Below, piece by piece: positions 52,262 through 64,000 of a stretch of DNA of 64,000 nucleotides. This DNA is from Octopus vulgaris (Eukaryota). Numbering within the stretch: the stretch's first letter is position 1; each line of letters begins with the position of its first letter. The stretch is taken from the NCBI GenBank assembly GCA_951406725.2, contig OX597842.1:7254001-7318000 (forward strand). Direction: 5' to 3'. The notes under the pieces are model-generated. The model searched no databases and was not told the origin of the DNA. It worked only from the letters and a program-made list of their open reading frames with translations. A program made the position numbers and the translations under genes.

Positions 52262-52850
52262 GATAAACTAGAAGTAGTTGATAGTTTCCGCTACCTGGGT
52301 GACCAAGTTAGTAGTGGGGGGTGGATGCTCAGAGAGTGTCACCACTAGAATACGAATAGCCTGGGCAAAGTTTAGAAAGCTCCTACCCCTACTGGCGACA
52401 AAGGGTCTCTCACTCAGAGTGAAAGGTAGATTGTATGATGCATGTGTGCGAACTGCCATGCTTCACGGCAGTGAAACATGGGCCGTGACTGCAGAGGACA
52501 TGCGTGGACTTGAAAGAAATGAAGCTAGCATGATCCGCTGGATGTGTAATGTCAGTGTGAATGCACGACAGAGTGTAAGCACCCTGAGAGAAATGCTAGG
52601 CATAAGAAGCATCAGATGCGGTGTGCAAGAGCGACGCTTGCGATGGTATGGTCATGTACTGCGGATGGATGAGGAGAGATGTGTGAAGAAGTGCCACTCC
52701 CGAACAGTTGAAGGAACCAGGGGAGAGGTAGACCCAGGAAGACATGGGATGAGGTAGTCAAGCATGTCCTCAGAGCGTTGGGCCTCACTGAGGCAATGGC
52801 GAAGGACCGAGACCTCTGGAGATGTGCTGTGACTACTAAGACCCGGGATG
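52262..52850 (+). mobile_element. RTE-clade LINE 3' fragment
   Basis: VDSFRYLGD, RIRIAWAKFRKLLPLL..KGLSLRVKGRLYDACVRTAMLHGSETW, RRLRWYGHVLRM. Confidence 0.88.
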
Positions 52851-52997
52851 CTCCCGGCACCAGTTCCGCATACCCCCTGCCCATCCAAAGTACCTTGGAT
52901 CCCGGAACATCTCGCTGTGCTTGAGGAGACCTGTCGAGTCAAGTGCATATACATGAACATCGAACCAAATATCAATGGAAACAGTAGTTGTGATACC

Positions 52998-55900
52998 TGT
53001 GCCGGTGACACATAGAAAGCACCATCTGATCGTGGCCGTCGCCAGTGCAGCCTCCACTGGCTTCTGTGCCGGTGGCACATAAAAAGCACCATCCGAACGT
53101 GACCGATGCCAACCCCGCCTCGAATGGCTTCTGTGCCGGTGGCACATGAATATCAAACCAAATATCAATGGAAACAGTAGTTGTGATACCTGTGCCGGTG
53201 ACACATAAAGCACCGTCCGAACGAGGCCGTTGCCAGTGCAGCCTCCAATGGCTTCTGTGCCGGTGACACATAAAAAGCACCATCTGAACGAGGCTGTTGC
53301 CAGTGAAGCCTCCGATGGCTTCTGTGCCGGTGACACATAAAAAGCACCATCTGAACGAGGCTGTTGCCAGTGCAGCCTCCGATGGCTTCTGTGCCGGTGA
53401 CACATAAAAAGCACCATCTGAACGAGGCCGTTGCCAGTGAAGCCTCCGATGGCTTCTGTGCCGGTGACACATAAAAAGCACCATCTGAACGAGGCTGTTG
53501 CCAGTGAAGCCTCCAATGGCTTCTGTGCCGGTGACACATAAAAAGCACCATCTGAACGAGGCCGTTGCCAGTGAAGCCTCCGATGGCTTCTGTGCCGGTG
53601 ACACATAAAAAGCACCATCTGAACGAGGCCGTTGCCAGTGAAGCCTCCGATGGCTTCTGTGCCGGTGACACATAAAAAGCACCATCTGAACGAGGCTGTT
53701 GCCAGTGAAGCCTCCGATGGCTTCTGTGCCGGTGACACATAAAAAGCACCATCTGAACGAGGCTGTTGCCAGTGCAGCCTCCAATGGCTTCTGTGCCGGT
53801 GACACATAAAAAGCACCATCTGAACGAGGCTGTTGCCAGTGCAGCCTCCGATGGCTTCTGTGCCGGTGACACATAAAAAGCACCATCTGAACGAGGCTGT
53901 TGCCAGTGCAGCCTCCAATGGCTTCTGTGCCGGTGACACATAAAAAGCACCATCTGAACGAGGCTGTTGCCAGTGAAGCCTCCGTGACACATGGCTTCTG
54001 TGCCGGTGACACATGACCATAAAAGCACCATCTGAACGAGGCTGTTGCCAGTGAAGCCTCCGATGGCTTCTGTGCCGGTGACACATAAAAAGCACCATCT
54101 GAACGAGGCTGTTGCCAGTGAAGCCTCCGATGGCTTCTGTGCCGGTGACACATAAAAAGCACCATCTGAACGAGGCTGTTGCCAGTGAAGCCTCCGATGG
54201 CTTCTGTGCCGGTGACACATAAAAAGCACCATCTGAACGAGGCTGTTGCCAGTGAAGCCTCCGATGGCTTCTGTGCCGGTGACACATAAAAAGCACCATC
54301 TGAACGAGGCTGTTGCCAGTGAAGCCTCCGATGGCTGTGCCGGTCTGTGAACGAGGCTGTTGGTGAGCCTCCACATAAAAAGCACCATCTGAACGAGGCT
54401 GTTGCCAGTGAAGCCTCCGATGGCTTCTGTGCCGGTGACACATAAAAAGCACCATCTGAACGAGGCTGTTGCCAGTGAAGCCTCCGATGGCTTCTGTGCC
54501 GGTGACACATAAAAAGCACCATCTGAACGAGGCTGTTGCCAGTGAAGCCTCCGATGGCTTCTGTGCCGGTGACACATAAAAAGCACCATCTGAACGAGGC
54601 TGTTGCCAGTGAAGCCTCCGATGGCTTCTGTGCCGGTGACACATAAAAAGCACCATCTGAACGAGGCTGTTGCCAGTGAAGCCTCCGATGGCTTCTGTGC
54701 CGGTGACACATAAAAAGCACCATCTGAACGAGGCTGTTGCCAGTGAAGCCTCCGATGGCTTCTGTGCCGGTGACACATAAAAAGCACCATCTGAACGAGG
54801 CTGTTGCCAGTGAAGCCTCCGATGGCTTCTGTGCCGGTGACACATAAAAAGCACCATCTGAACGAGGCTGTTGCCAGTGAAGCCTCCGATGGCTTCTGTG
54901 CCGGTGACACATAAAAAGCACCATCTGAACGAGGCTGTTGCCAGTGAAGCCTCCGATGGCTTCTGTGCCGGTGACACATAAAAAGCACCATCTGAACGAG
55001 GCTGTTGCCAGTGAAGCCTCCGATGGCTTCTGTGCCGGTGACACATAAAAAGCACCATCTGAACGAGGCTGTTGCCAGTGAAGCCTCCGATGGCTTCTGT
55101 GCCGGTGACACATAAAAAGCACCATCTGAACGAGGCTGTTGCCAGTGAAGCCTCCGATGGCTTCTGTGCCGGTGACACATAAAAAGCACCATCTGAACGA
55201 GGCTGTTGCCAGTGAAGCCTCCGATGGCTTCTGTGCCGGTGACACATAAAAAGCACCATCTGAACGAGGCTGTTGCCAGTGAAGCCTCCGATGGCTTCTG
55301 TGCCGGTGACACATAAAAAGCACCATCTGAACGAGGCTGTTGCCAGTGAAGCCTCCGATGGCTTCTGTGCCGGTGACACATAAAAAGCACCATCTGAACG
55401 AGGCTGTTGCCAGTGAAGCATCTCCGATGGCTTCTGTGCCGGTGACACATAAAAAGCACCATCTGAACGAGGCTGTTGCCAGTGAAGCCTCCGATGGCTT
55501 CTGTGCCGGTGACACATAAAAAGCACCATCTGAACGAGGCTGTTGCCAGTGAAGCCTCCGATGGCTTCTGTGCCGGTGACACATAAAAAGCACCATCTGA
55601 ACGAGGCTGTTGCCAGTGAAGCCTCCGATGGCTTCTGTGCCGGTGACACATAAAAAGCACCATCTGAACGAGGCTGTTGCCAGTGAAGCCTCCGATGGCT
55701 TCTGTGCCGGTGACACATAAAAAGCACCATCTGAACGAGGCTGTTGCCAGTGAAGCCTCCGATGGCTTCTGTGCCGGTGACACATAAAAAGCACCATCTG
55801 AACGAGGCTGTTGCCAGTGAAGCCTCCGATGGCTTCTGTGCCGGTGACACATAAAAAGCACCATCTGAACGAGGCTGTTGCCAGTGAAGCCTCCGATGGC

Positions 55901-57480
55901 TTCTGTGCCGGTGACACATAAAAAGCACCATCTGAACGAGGCTGTTGCCAGTGAAGCCTCCGATGGCTTCTGTGCCGGTGACACATAAAAAGCACCATCT
56001 GAACGAGGCTGTTGCCAGTGAAGCCTCCGATGGCTTCTGTGCCGGTGACACATAAAAAGCACCATCTGAACGAGGCTGTTGCCAGTGAAGCCTCCGATGG
56101 CTTCTGTGCCGGTGACACATAAAAAGCACCATCTGAACGAGGCTGTTGCCAGTGAAGCCTCCGATGGCTTCTGTGCCGGTGACACATAAAAAGCACCATC
56201 TGAACGAGGCTGTTGCCAGTGAAGCCTCCGATGGCTTCTGTGCCGGTGACACGTGACACAAAAAGCACCATCTGAACGAGGCTGTTGCCAGTGAAGCCTC
56301 CGATGGCTTCTGTGCCGGTGACACATAAAAAGCACCATCTGAACGAGGCTGTTGCCAGTGAAGCCTCCGATGGCTTCTGTGCCGGTGACACATAAAAAGC
56401 ACCATCTGAACGAGGCTGTTGCCAGTGAAGCCTCCGATGGCTTCTGTGCCGGTGACACATAAAAAGCACCATCTGAACGAGGCTGTTGCCAGTGAAGCCT
56501 CCGATGGCTTCTGTGCCGGTGACACATAAAAAGCACCATCTGAACGAGGCTGTTGCCAGTGAAGCCTCCGATGGCTTCTGTGCCGGTGACACATAAAAAG
56601 CACCATCTGAACGAGGCTGTTGCCAGTGAAGCCTCCGATGGCTTCTGTGCCGGTGACACATAAAAAGCACCATCTGAACGAGGCTGTTGCCAGTGAAGCC
56701 TCCGATGGCTTCTGTGCCGGTGACACATAAAAAGCACCATCTGAACGAGGCTGTTGCCAGTGAAGCCTCCGATGGCTTCTGTGCCGGTGACACATAAAAA
56801 GCACCATCTGAACGAGGCTGTTGCCAGTGAAGCCTCCGATGGCTTCTGTGCCGGTGACACATAAAAAGCACCATCTGAACGAGGCTGTTGCCAGTGAAGC
56901 CTCCGATGGCTTCTGTGCCGGTGACACATAAAAAGCACCATCTGAACGAGGCTGTTGCCAGTGAAGCCTCCGATGGCTTCTGTGCCGGTGACACATAAAA
57001 AGCACCATCTGAAGCCTCCGATGGCTTCTGTGCCGGTGACACATAAAAGCACCATCTGAACGAGGCTGTTGCCAGTGAAGCCTCCGATGGCTTCTGTGCC
57101 GGTGACACATAAAAAGCACCATCTGAACGAGGCTGTTGCCAGTGAAGCCTCCGATGGCTTCTGTGCCGGTGACACATAAAAAGCACCATCTGAACGAGGC
57201 TGTTGCCAGTGAAGCCTCCGATGGCTTCTGTGCCGGTGACACATAAAAAGCACCATCTGAACGAGGCTGTTGCCAGTGAAGCCTCCGATGGCTTCTGTGC
57301 CGGTGACACATAAAAAGCACCATCTGAACGAGGCTGTTGCCAGTGAAGCCTCCGATGGCTTCTGTGCCGGTGACACATAAAAAGCACCATCTGAACGAGG
57401 CTGTTGCCAGTGAAGCCTCCGATGGCTTCTGTGCCGGTGACACATAAAAAGCACCATCTGAACGAGGCTGTTGCCAGTGA
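52998..57480 (+). repeat. 67-bp minisatellite, roughly 65 units, running into the assembly gap
   Basis: Unit GCCGGTGACACATAAAAAGCACCATCTGAACGAGGCTGTTGCCAGTGAAGCCTCCGATGGCTTCTGT. Confidence 0.97.
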
Positions 57481-57580
57481 NNNNNNNNNNNNNNNNNNNN
57501 NNNNNNNNNNNNNNNNNNNNNNNNNNNNNNNNNNNNNNNNNNNNNNNNNNNNNNNNNNNNNNNNNNNNNNNNNNNNNNNN
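57481..57580. other. Assembly gap (100 N)
   Basis: Run of n. Confidence 1.
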
Positions 57581-57654
57581 TAACTTTATTTCAGCTGCAT
57601 TATTCCAGGCATCCTCCGGATGTCAAGAGCGGCAACGGCACTTTTGTTTTGCTA

Positions 57655-58045
57655 CTCTCTTTACTGTTTCAGTCATTTGACTGCGGCCATGCTGGAGCAC
57701 CACCTTTAGTCAAGCAAATCGACCCCAGGACTTATTCTTTGCAAGCCTAGTAGTTATTCTATTGGTCTCATTTGCCAAACCGCTAAGTTACTGGGACGTA
57801 AACACACCAACATCGGTTGTCAAGCGATGTTGAAGGGACAAACACACACACACACACACACATACATATATATATATACATATATATGACGGGCTTCTTT
57901 CAGTTTCCGTCTACCAAATCCACTCATACGGTTTTGGTCAGCCCGGGGCTATAGCAGAAGACACTTGCCCAAGATGCCGTACAGTGGGACTGAACCCGGA
58001 ACCACGTGGTTGGTAAGCAAGCTACTTACCACACAGCCACTCCTG
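57655..58045 (-). mobile_element. Full-length tRNA-head SINE
   Basis: Same family as 13537..13946. Confidence 0.8.
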
Positions 58046-58109
58046 TACCTCACAGCCACTCCTAATAATAATAATAATGCTATGCATTATTATTATTATT
58101 ATTTTTTTT

Positions 58110-58506
58110 TTTGTCTATTATGAAAGACTCCGATAGTTCTTAATTTCAGGTTGTTCTTTACTTGAAAGCAATCAATGACAAATCTCCAAATGTTTCAAGT
58201 AATGCCTCTCCTGTGACTCAAAGAGACAATACTCTCCTTACAATGCAAGCCATACCCAACAAGGCTGCCTTCTGGATCACTTCAAGCCTGATAGAAGCTC
58301 CAATATTCTTAATATGTTTTTTAAAACCCTTAGAGACTGCTCCTAATGCTCCAATTACCACTGGTATCACCATTACTTTCCTCATGCCCCATAACTTTCT
58401 TATCTCGTCCCGCAGTGGCTGGTATTTCTCAATCTTTTGTTTCCTTACCTTTCACCCTTGAATCACCTCAAATTGCAACATCTATTATCTTTACTTCTTT
58501 TTCATC

Positions 58507-58563
<57 letters not shown>

Positions 58564-59960
58564 TAGTCTTATTTTTATAATATGCTTTCACTTCACTACC
58601 GAGCACAGCTCTGTGTGCCTTGTGGTTTGCTGTGATGCTCTTATTTTTACTGTGTTGAAAGTGTTTTGCGTAGGATGTGTGCAGTGCCCAGTAGTGCAAT
58701 TTTCTGTATGTTATATATATTTGTAAGTCCTGGTGTTTTTGTTATGTATTTGTGCCGGTGGCACGTAAAAAGCACCCACTACACTCTCGGAGTGGTTGGC
58801 ATTAGGAAGGGCATCAAGCTGTAGAAACTCTGCCAGATCAAGATTGGAGTCTGGTGCAGCCATCTGGTTTGCCAGCCCTCAGTCAAAATCGTCCAACCCA
58901 TGCTAGCATGGAAAGCGGACATCAAACGATGATGATGATGTGTCTGAATATTTTTTTATCATACCTAATGCGCCTACTATGATAGGAATTGTTTGTTTTT
59001 AGATTCCACATTCGAATTACCTCTATTTCCAGGTCTTTGCATTTTGAAAGTTTCTCCATTTCTTTTAGAGAAACGTTGTCATCTGCAGGTATTGATATAT
59101 CAGTTAGAAAGCATTTTTATCTTTATGATCTCTGACAACTATATCTGGCCTATTGGCCTTAATTTCTCTATCTGTGTGTATTGGCATATCCCAGAGTATG
59201 GTTGCTTTCTCATTTTCTGTGACCTTTTTCTGGTGTGTGCCTATACCATCTTTTTTCTGTTGTTATTCCATAGTGTTGGCATAGCTTCCAGTGTATGTAG
59301 GTCATAACTCTGTCATGTCTGTGACTATACTCCTTCTGAACCAGGACTGGTCAACCAGAGACAATATGATTTACTGTTTCTTGTCCATCTCCACATATTC
59401 TGTAGTTACTTGTATTTCTTTTCATTATGTGTTTTTGGTAATTTCTGGTGGGGAGGCTTTGGTTTTGTGCTGCAATTAAAAATCCCTCTGTTTCTGCTTT
59501 AAGTCCTGAGCTTCTCAACCATTGCTGGAATTTTTCTCTGTCTATTTCTTTTGCATTTAGTTTAGCCCAGTATTTGTCATGAAGGAGCTTTCTTTTGCCA
59601 TCGTTTTATCATAGTCCGTTGCTGTTCTAGTTTGGATTTCATTTGTTTTATAGCTTTTGTTGTTTCTTCTTCTTCTTCTTCATATTTGTTAGGTAGTATG
59701 ACTTCTTGTTTGTACTTGTCAGCTTCCTTAAATACTGAAAACAGTTTTTTGTTTTGCTCGTGTTTTGTGGCTGTTTGTATTAGTTTTCCTTGCTTCTGGA
59801 GTAGGTATTTTTGCAGTCCTATGGTGGTTATTTTATAAAAGTTTTCCAGCTCTATAAGGCCTCTACCACCTTCTATACATTATATATATAGCCCTTCTAT
59901 GTCAGATTTTGGGTGGTGCATCCTAGATCCTGTCATTATTATTCTTGTTTTCCTCACCAA
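58110..59960 (-). mobile_element. Two tandem 3' fragments of R4/Dong-like (restriction-like endonuclease) LINEs, each followed by (TAA)n
   Basis: IQKAALLGMACIVRRVL (~58230-58280); IPIIVGALGMIKK and YNIQKIALLGTAHILRKTL (~58660-58990); TAA runs at ~58088 and 58508-58560. Confidence 0.72.
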
Positions 59961-60272
59961 TGCCTGTGTCCCCTGGATTCAATTTTAACTATTATATACA
60001 CAGTCTATGAAACTGGTCCTTTAATAACCCAATAGACATAAATGGTAAATGGTTTAGGAGTGAAATTTGCATCCTAGTTTTTAAAATATATCTACCAAAT
60101 TAAGAGAGCTTGGAAGAGTGCTTGGAGATACATGGTGTATTTTATAAATATGCCTAATTCAAGTATCACAAAAACATGAAACTATTGGTAGCTTTTTCAG
60201 TTTGCGTATTAGATTGATATATCATATATTATATATACATAGATGAAATCCTGTATCGTTCTATCATTGCAG

Positions 60273-60557
60273 AGAAGATAAGAATGGAACATTATCCATC
60301 TGATTTGGAGGTGAGCAAAGGAGCGGAGGCAATATTCACATGTGCTACCACAAGTGATACCATGCAGGAAGATGACTTACGAACCATTTGGTGGAAGGAT
60401 GGCAAGGCTATAGCCATCGATGACAGAATAAGCCTAAACTCCCAGAACAATTCACTGACCATCAGGAGTGTGACCAGAAAGGATGTTGGCCGTTACACAT
60501 GCATGGTCACAGATGGATTGGATAGTGTTAATGCATCAGCATTTCTCTCTGTTAAAG
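60273..60557 (+). CDS. Internal exon of a neuroglian/L1-family-like gene: I-set Ig domain (Ig6-like)
   Basis: ATTGCAG| acceptor, AAG|GTAAGT donor, 285 nt phase 1/1; AIFTC...IWWKDG...NNSLTIRSVTRKDVGRYTC..TDGLDSVNASAFLSVK. Confidence 0.9.
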
Positions 60558-60825
60558 GTAAGTTTATTTTGTATGTTTGTATGTGTATGTGTTTGTTGTT
60601 CTCAACTCCTCAGAGGTGGTGACCACCTATTTTTGAGTACCCAAGATTGAATTTTAACTTACAGGTGCAACAGTCTGGTAAGAATCTTGCTTCCCAGTTA
60701 CACGGTGCCTGGTTCAGTCCCACTGCATTGCATCTTTGGCAAGTGTCTTCTACTATACAAATCCACCCACAAGTCTACTAGGGACATGTGAGTGGATGTG
60801 GTAGACATAAACTGAAAACAGGTTG

Positions 60826-60870
<45 letters not shown>

Positions 60871-61699
60871 ATCCAAACATGAAAACATAAAGAGAAAACA
60901 CAACAATGTGAGGATGTGGAACAAGTATAGTGTTATTGGATGCTCAGGAAAGGAAAGAAAGAAGGAGGATTTAACATTTCGAGCAGAGCTCTTCGTCAGA
61001 AACATAGAAAAAGGAAAGATCCAAAGAAGGGAAGACGGAGAAAGAAAATCGCCAACGATACACACGTGGTTATATATCATCATCATCATCATCATCATCA
61101 TCAGTTAACGTCTGCTTTCCATGCTAGCATGGGTTGGACGGTTCAACTGGGTTCTAGGAAGCCCGAAGGCTGCACCAGGCCAGTCAGATCTTGCAGTGTT
61201 TCTACACCTGGATGCCCTTCCTAACGCCAACCACTCTGTGAGTGTAGTGGGTGCTTTTTATGTACCACCAACACAGGTGCCAGACGAGGCTGGCGAACGG
61301 CCACACTCGGATGGTGCTTTTTACGTGCTACCAGCATAGAGGCCAGGCGAGGCTGGCAACGGCCACGATCAGATGGTGTTTGTTACATGCCACCAGCACG
61401 GAGGCCAGTCGATGCGGTGCTGGCTACGGCCACGTTCGGATGACAGAATATATGTATATATTTACGGAGATGTACTTGCATAGCGAGTGACTTGATCTGA
61501 GATTGTGTGCTGAAACGAAAACAATTGCACCGTGGAAGGTGTTTATAAGCTATTTAAGAGATGCAGCACGAAGTTTTGTCGTCTCAAAGCGACGAAAATA
61601 TTTTTACAAATTAAATTTAAATGTTGAAGTGAATCTAACGGTTTTTGTGTGTTTCTTAAATGGTTTATAAACACTTTCCACGCTGCAATTGTTTATATG

Positions 61700-61760
<61 letters not shown>

Positions 61761-61934
61761 CGCTACTTTCCCCCCACCCCATCTTTATACCCAGATTTTC
61801 ACCAGTCACTGCAATCTCCACTCCCTACTCCTGCCTTCTTGGCAATACCTGGTTGCATATATTTTAAGAGATGCATTTTAGCAAGAAATCAAACTACGTA
61901 TCTCCTAAACTGCCATCTTTTTTTGCCTCACATA

Positions 61935-62211
61935 TATAGTCGTGATTCATAACGAGCCCTTCTGGGTATTAGCACGCGTCTACGATTTAAAAAAAATTTT
62001 ACCATCATTTTTTTCCATTTTTATGTATTTTTTCACTATTATATAAGGGAAGTAACTCTCTAAAAATGTCTACGATGAGTCAATGATTTAAAAAAAAAAT
62101 TACCATAATTTTTTTTTCCATTTTTTTGCTATTTTTTGGCTATAACTCTCTAAAAATGCTTATATAGTTATTTCCCTTACAAACCCGAGCAACGCCGGGC
62201 GATACTGCTAG
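61935..62211 (+). mobile_element. Helitron 3' part
   Basis: Ends CCCGAGCAACGCCGGGCGATACTGCTAG. Confidence 0.75.
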
Positions 62212-62331
62212 TATATTCTAAAAAAATCTACCTCCGTAAACTCTGTCCAATCCATACAAGCATGGAACATGGACGAGGATGTTGATTTTATGTATGTTTA
62301 TGACAGTGATGCTCTCCTCTTTCTGTTACAG

Positions 62332-62437
62332 TTACCCAGCCACCTGTGATATTAATCAACCCACCTACCCAGGTACTGTTTAAAGAATTTCAGACTGCGG
62401 TACTTCCATGCAAGGCCAGTGGTGAACCACAACCAAC
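62332..62437 (+). CDS. Exon of neuroglian/L1-like gene: first half of an Ig1-like domain (VTQPPVILINPPTQVLFKEFQTAVLPCKASGEPQP)
   Basis: Polypyrimidine + TTACAG acceptor, AC|GTATGT donor, phase 1/2; the LPCxAxGxPxP motif is typical of L1/neuroglian Ig1. Confidence 0.88.
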
Positions 62438-62785
62438 GTATGTATTATTGTTTGTGTAGTAGTAGTAGTAGTGGTGGTGCAATCATGTGGTTCTGATGGC
62501 AGTAGAGCAGAAGTGGTGGCCATGTGGTGTGGAGATAATGTAGTCGTGTAGTGAAGATGGTGTAGTGGGGATGGGTGTTAAGAAAAGTGGTTGTCTGGTT
62601 TTTCAATTTAAGATTCTTTTCGTTTTTGGTACAGGGGTTTAGAATTTTTACTCATTCCCCCAAGTCAATTAATATAAATCTGTGAAGATTTAGGGTTGTG
62701 GTCGTGTTCTGACTGCTATTTTTAGCATGCTGGTGCTGCTTTTAGCACTCTTAATTATTAATACATGCATATATAAATATGTATA

Positions 62786-63206
62786 TCTCTCTATATATAA
62801 ACGGCAGTTTGTCTGTGTGCGTGTCTGTGTGTCTGTTAGGTTGTATCCTCACCCTGACCACGGCTTTCAACCGATTCTGATGAAACTTGACACACACATA
62901 GCCCAATGTCATAATTCAAAACTAACACAGCGAAAATTTTGAAAAGTTCCCCCAGTTCTGAAAAAGATCGATGAATTCGACATGGGGTCGACAATCAGAA
63001 ACACAAACCACAAACTGTCTAGGGGACGCAACTCGACCTTTTTAACTCTCAAAAATTTTTTGGCTATAACTCTCTAAAAATGCTTTATAGTTATTTCCCT
63101 TACAAACCCGAGCAACGCTGGGTGATAATTTTTGGCTATAACTCTCTAAAAATGCTTTATAGTTATTTCCCTTACAAACCCGAGCAACGCCGGGTGATAC
63201 TGCTAG
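62786..63206 (+). mobile_element. Short Helitron with a duplicated 3' segment
   Basis: A|TC start, hairpin + CTAG|T end. Confidence 0.75.
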
Positions 63207-63239
63207 TATAGATTATATTGGATGCTCCGGTAACACTGC

Positions 63240-63362
63240 TCCAACCACAGATCTTCTTTCAGGATACCGGGAATGAGTTACACTACTTCATTAACCAGCC
63301 ATGTATGGCAGCTGAAAGATGACAGAAATCCACATGTAATATCATGGAAAATCCTAGAAAAG
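63240..63362 (+). mobile_element. Penelope/GIY-YIG C-terminal remnant
   Basis: NHRSSFR...TTSLTSHVWQLKD...HVISWKILEK. Confidence 0.55.
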
Positions 63363-63689
63363 TGTGTGTATGGTCGTATGTTTGTGGGGTGCATGCGCAC
63401 ATGCATATGTGTGTGTATGTCTACTTTTTATCTCTCCACATTGTTTTTAAACTCACTATTCAGTTTCTCTGTCTTTCTGTTCGTCTGTATCTCTTGCTCT
63501 CTTTCTCTTACACACACTCACACAAATACACACAAACACCCACACACACAGACCCCTGTCCTCCTTTCTACTTTCCTCAATTTCCACCCATTATCACTTC
63601 ATTTATATCTACATCCATACTCAAAAACTCACCCACCCTCTATCCCCATCTCCTTCGTCTTCATCTTTTTCCCTCTCTTCTAAAACCAG

Positions 63690-64000
63690 GTACACCTGGA
63701 AAAAGGGCAAACAGGACTTCAATGTGGCTGGCCGTGATGACTTTATCTCCACAGTACCAAACGAGGGAACACTTGTGTTCAAGCGACCCAGAAAAAAAGA
63801 TGCTGGCATGTATCAATGTTTTGCAAACAACTCTTATGGGGTGGCCATGTCAGGCATCGTTGAGCTACGGCTTGCCTTCCTGATGCCGTACACCAATCAG
63901 GAACCAAAGACCATCACTGTGTTACCAGGGGCATCTCTCGTCCTCCCTTGTAACAAGCCAATCAGTTACCCTGAGGCCAACGTGACATGGGTGTTGAAAC
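63690..64000 (+). CDS. Exon of neuroglian/L1-like gene: rest of the Ig1-like and start of an Ig2-like domain (runs off the window)
   Basis: ACCAG acceptor, phase 2; YTWKKG...EGTLVFKRPRKKDAGMYQCFANNSYGVAMSGIVELRLAFL...GASLVLPCNKPISYPEANVTWVL. Confidence 0.9.

Noticed and set aside
52836-57457. Three 1,430-1,535 aa ORFs
   Set aside because: Artefact of a stop-free 67-bp tandem unit; the same peptide cycles through all three frames.
53190-57480. CRISPR-like array
   Set aside because: Units are contiguous with no unique spacers, and the context is eukaryotic.

Overview
AT-rich, repeat-dense animal genomic DNA. The SINE, Helitron, RTE and Penelope families resemble those of Octopus-type coleoid cephalopods (taxon is an inference). 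Positions 1-~38,090 hold two copies of a tandem segmental duplication (offset 20,116 bp), and a third partial copy starts at ~41,541. Each full copy carries an intact minus-strand gene that the ORF track only sees in pieces. It has six coding exons, all joined at phase-1 GT-AG introns: signal peptide, micro-exon, 252-bp Ig-like exon, micro-exon, 252-bp Ig-like exon, and a transmembrane/stop exon. The product is a 260-aa type-I membrane protein with two atypical Ig-like domains and almost no cytoplasmic tail. The two paralogues are ~99% identical in the introns I compared but differ at 22 nt in the two Ig exons, 19 of them amino-acid changing, which suggests a diversifying recognition-receptor family. 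The right end contains three plus-strand exons of a neuroglian/L1-like gene in which an Ig6-like domain can splice in frame to a new Ig1-Ig2-like unit. The rest is transposon fossils (Penelope, Tx1/L1-like, R4/Dong-like, RTE, hAT, piggyBac-like, Helitrons, SINEs), microsatellites, a 67-bp minisatellite that produces spurious ~1,500-aa ORFs, and a 100-N assembly gap.
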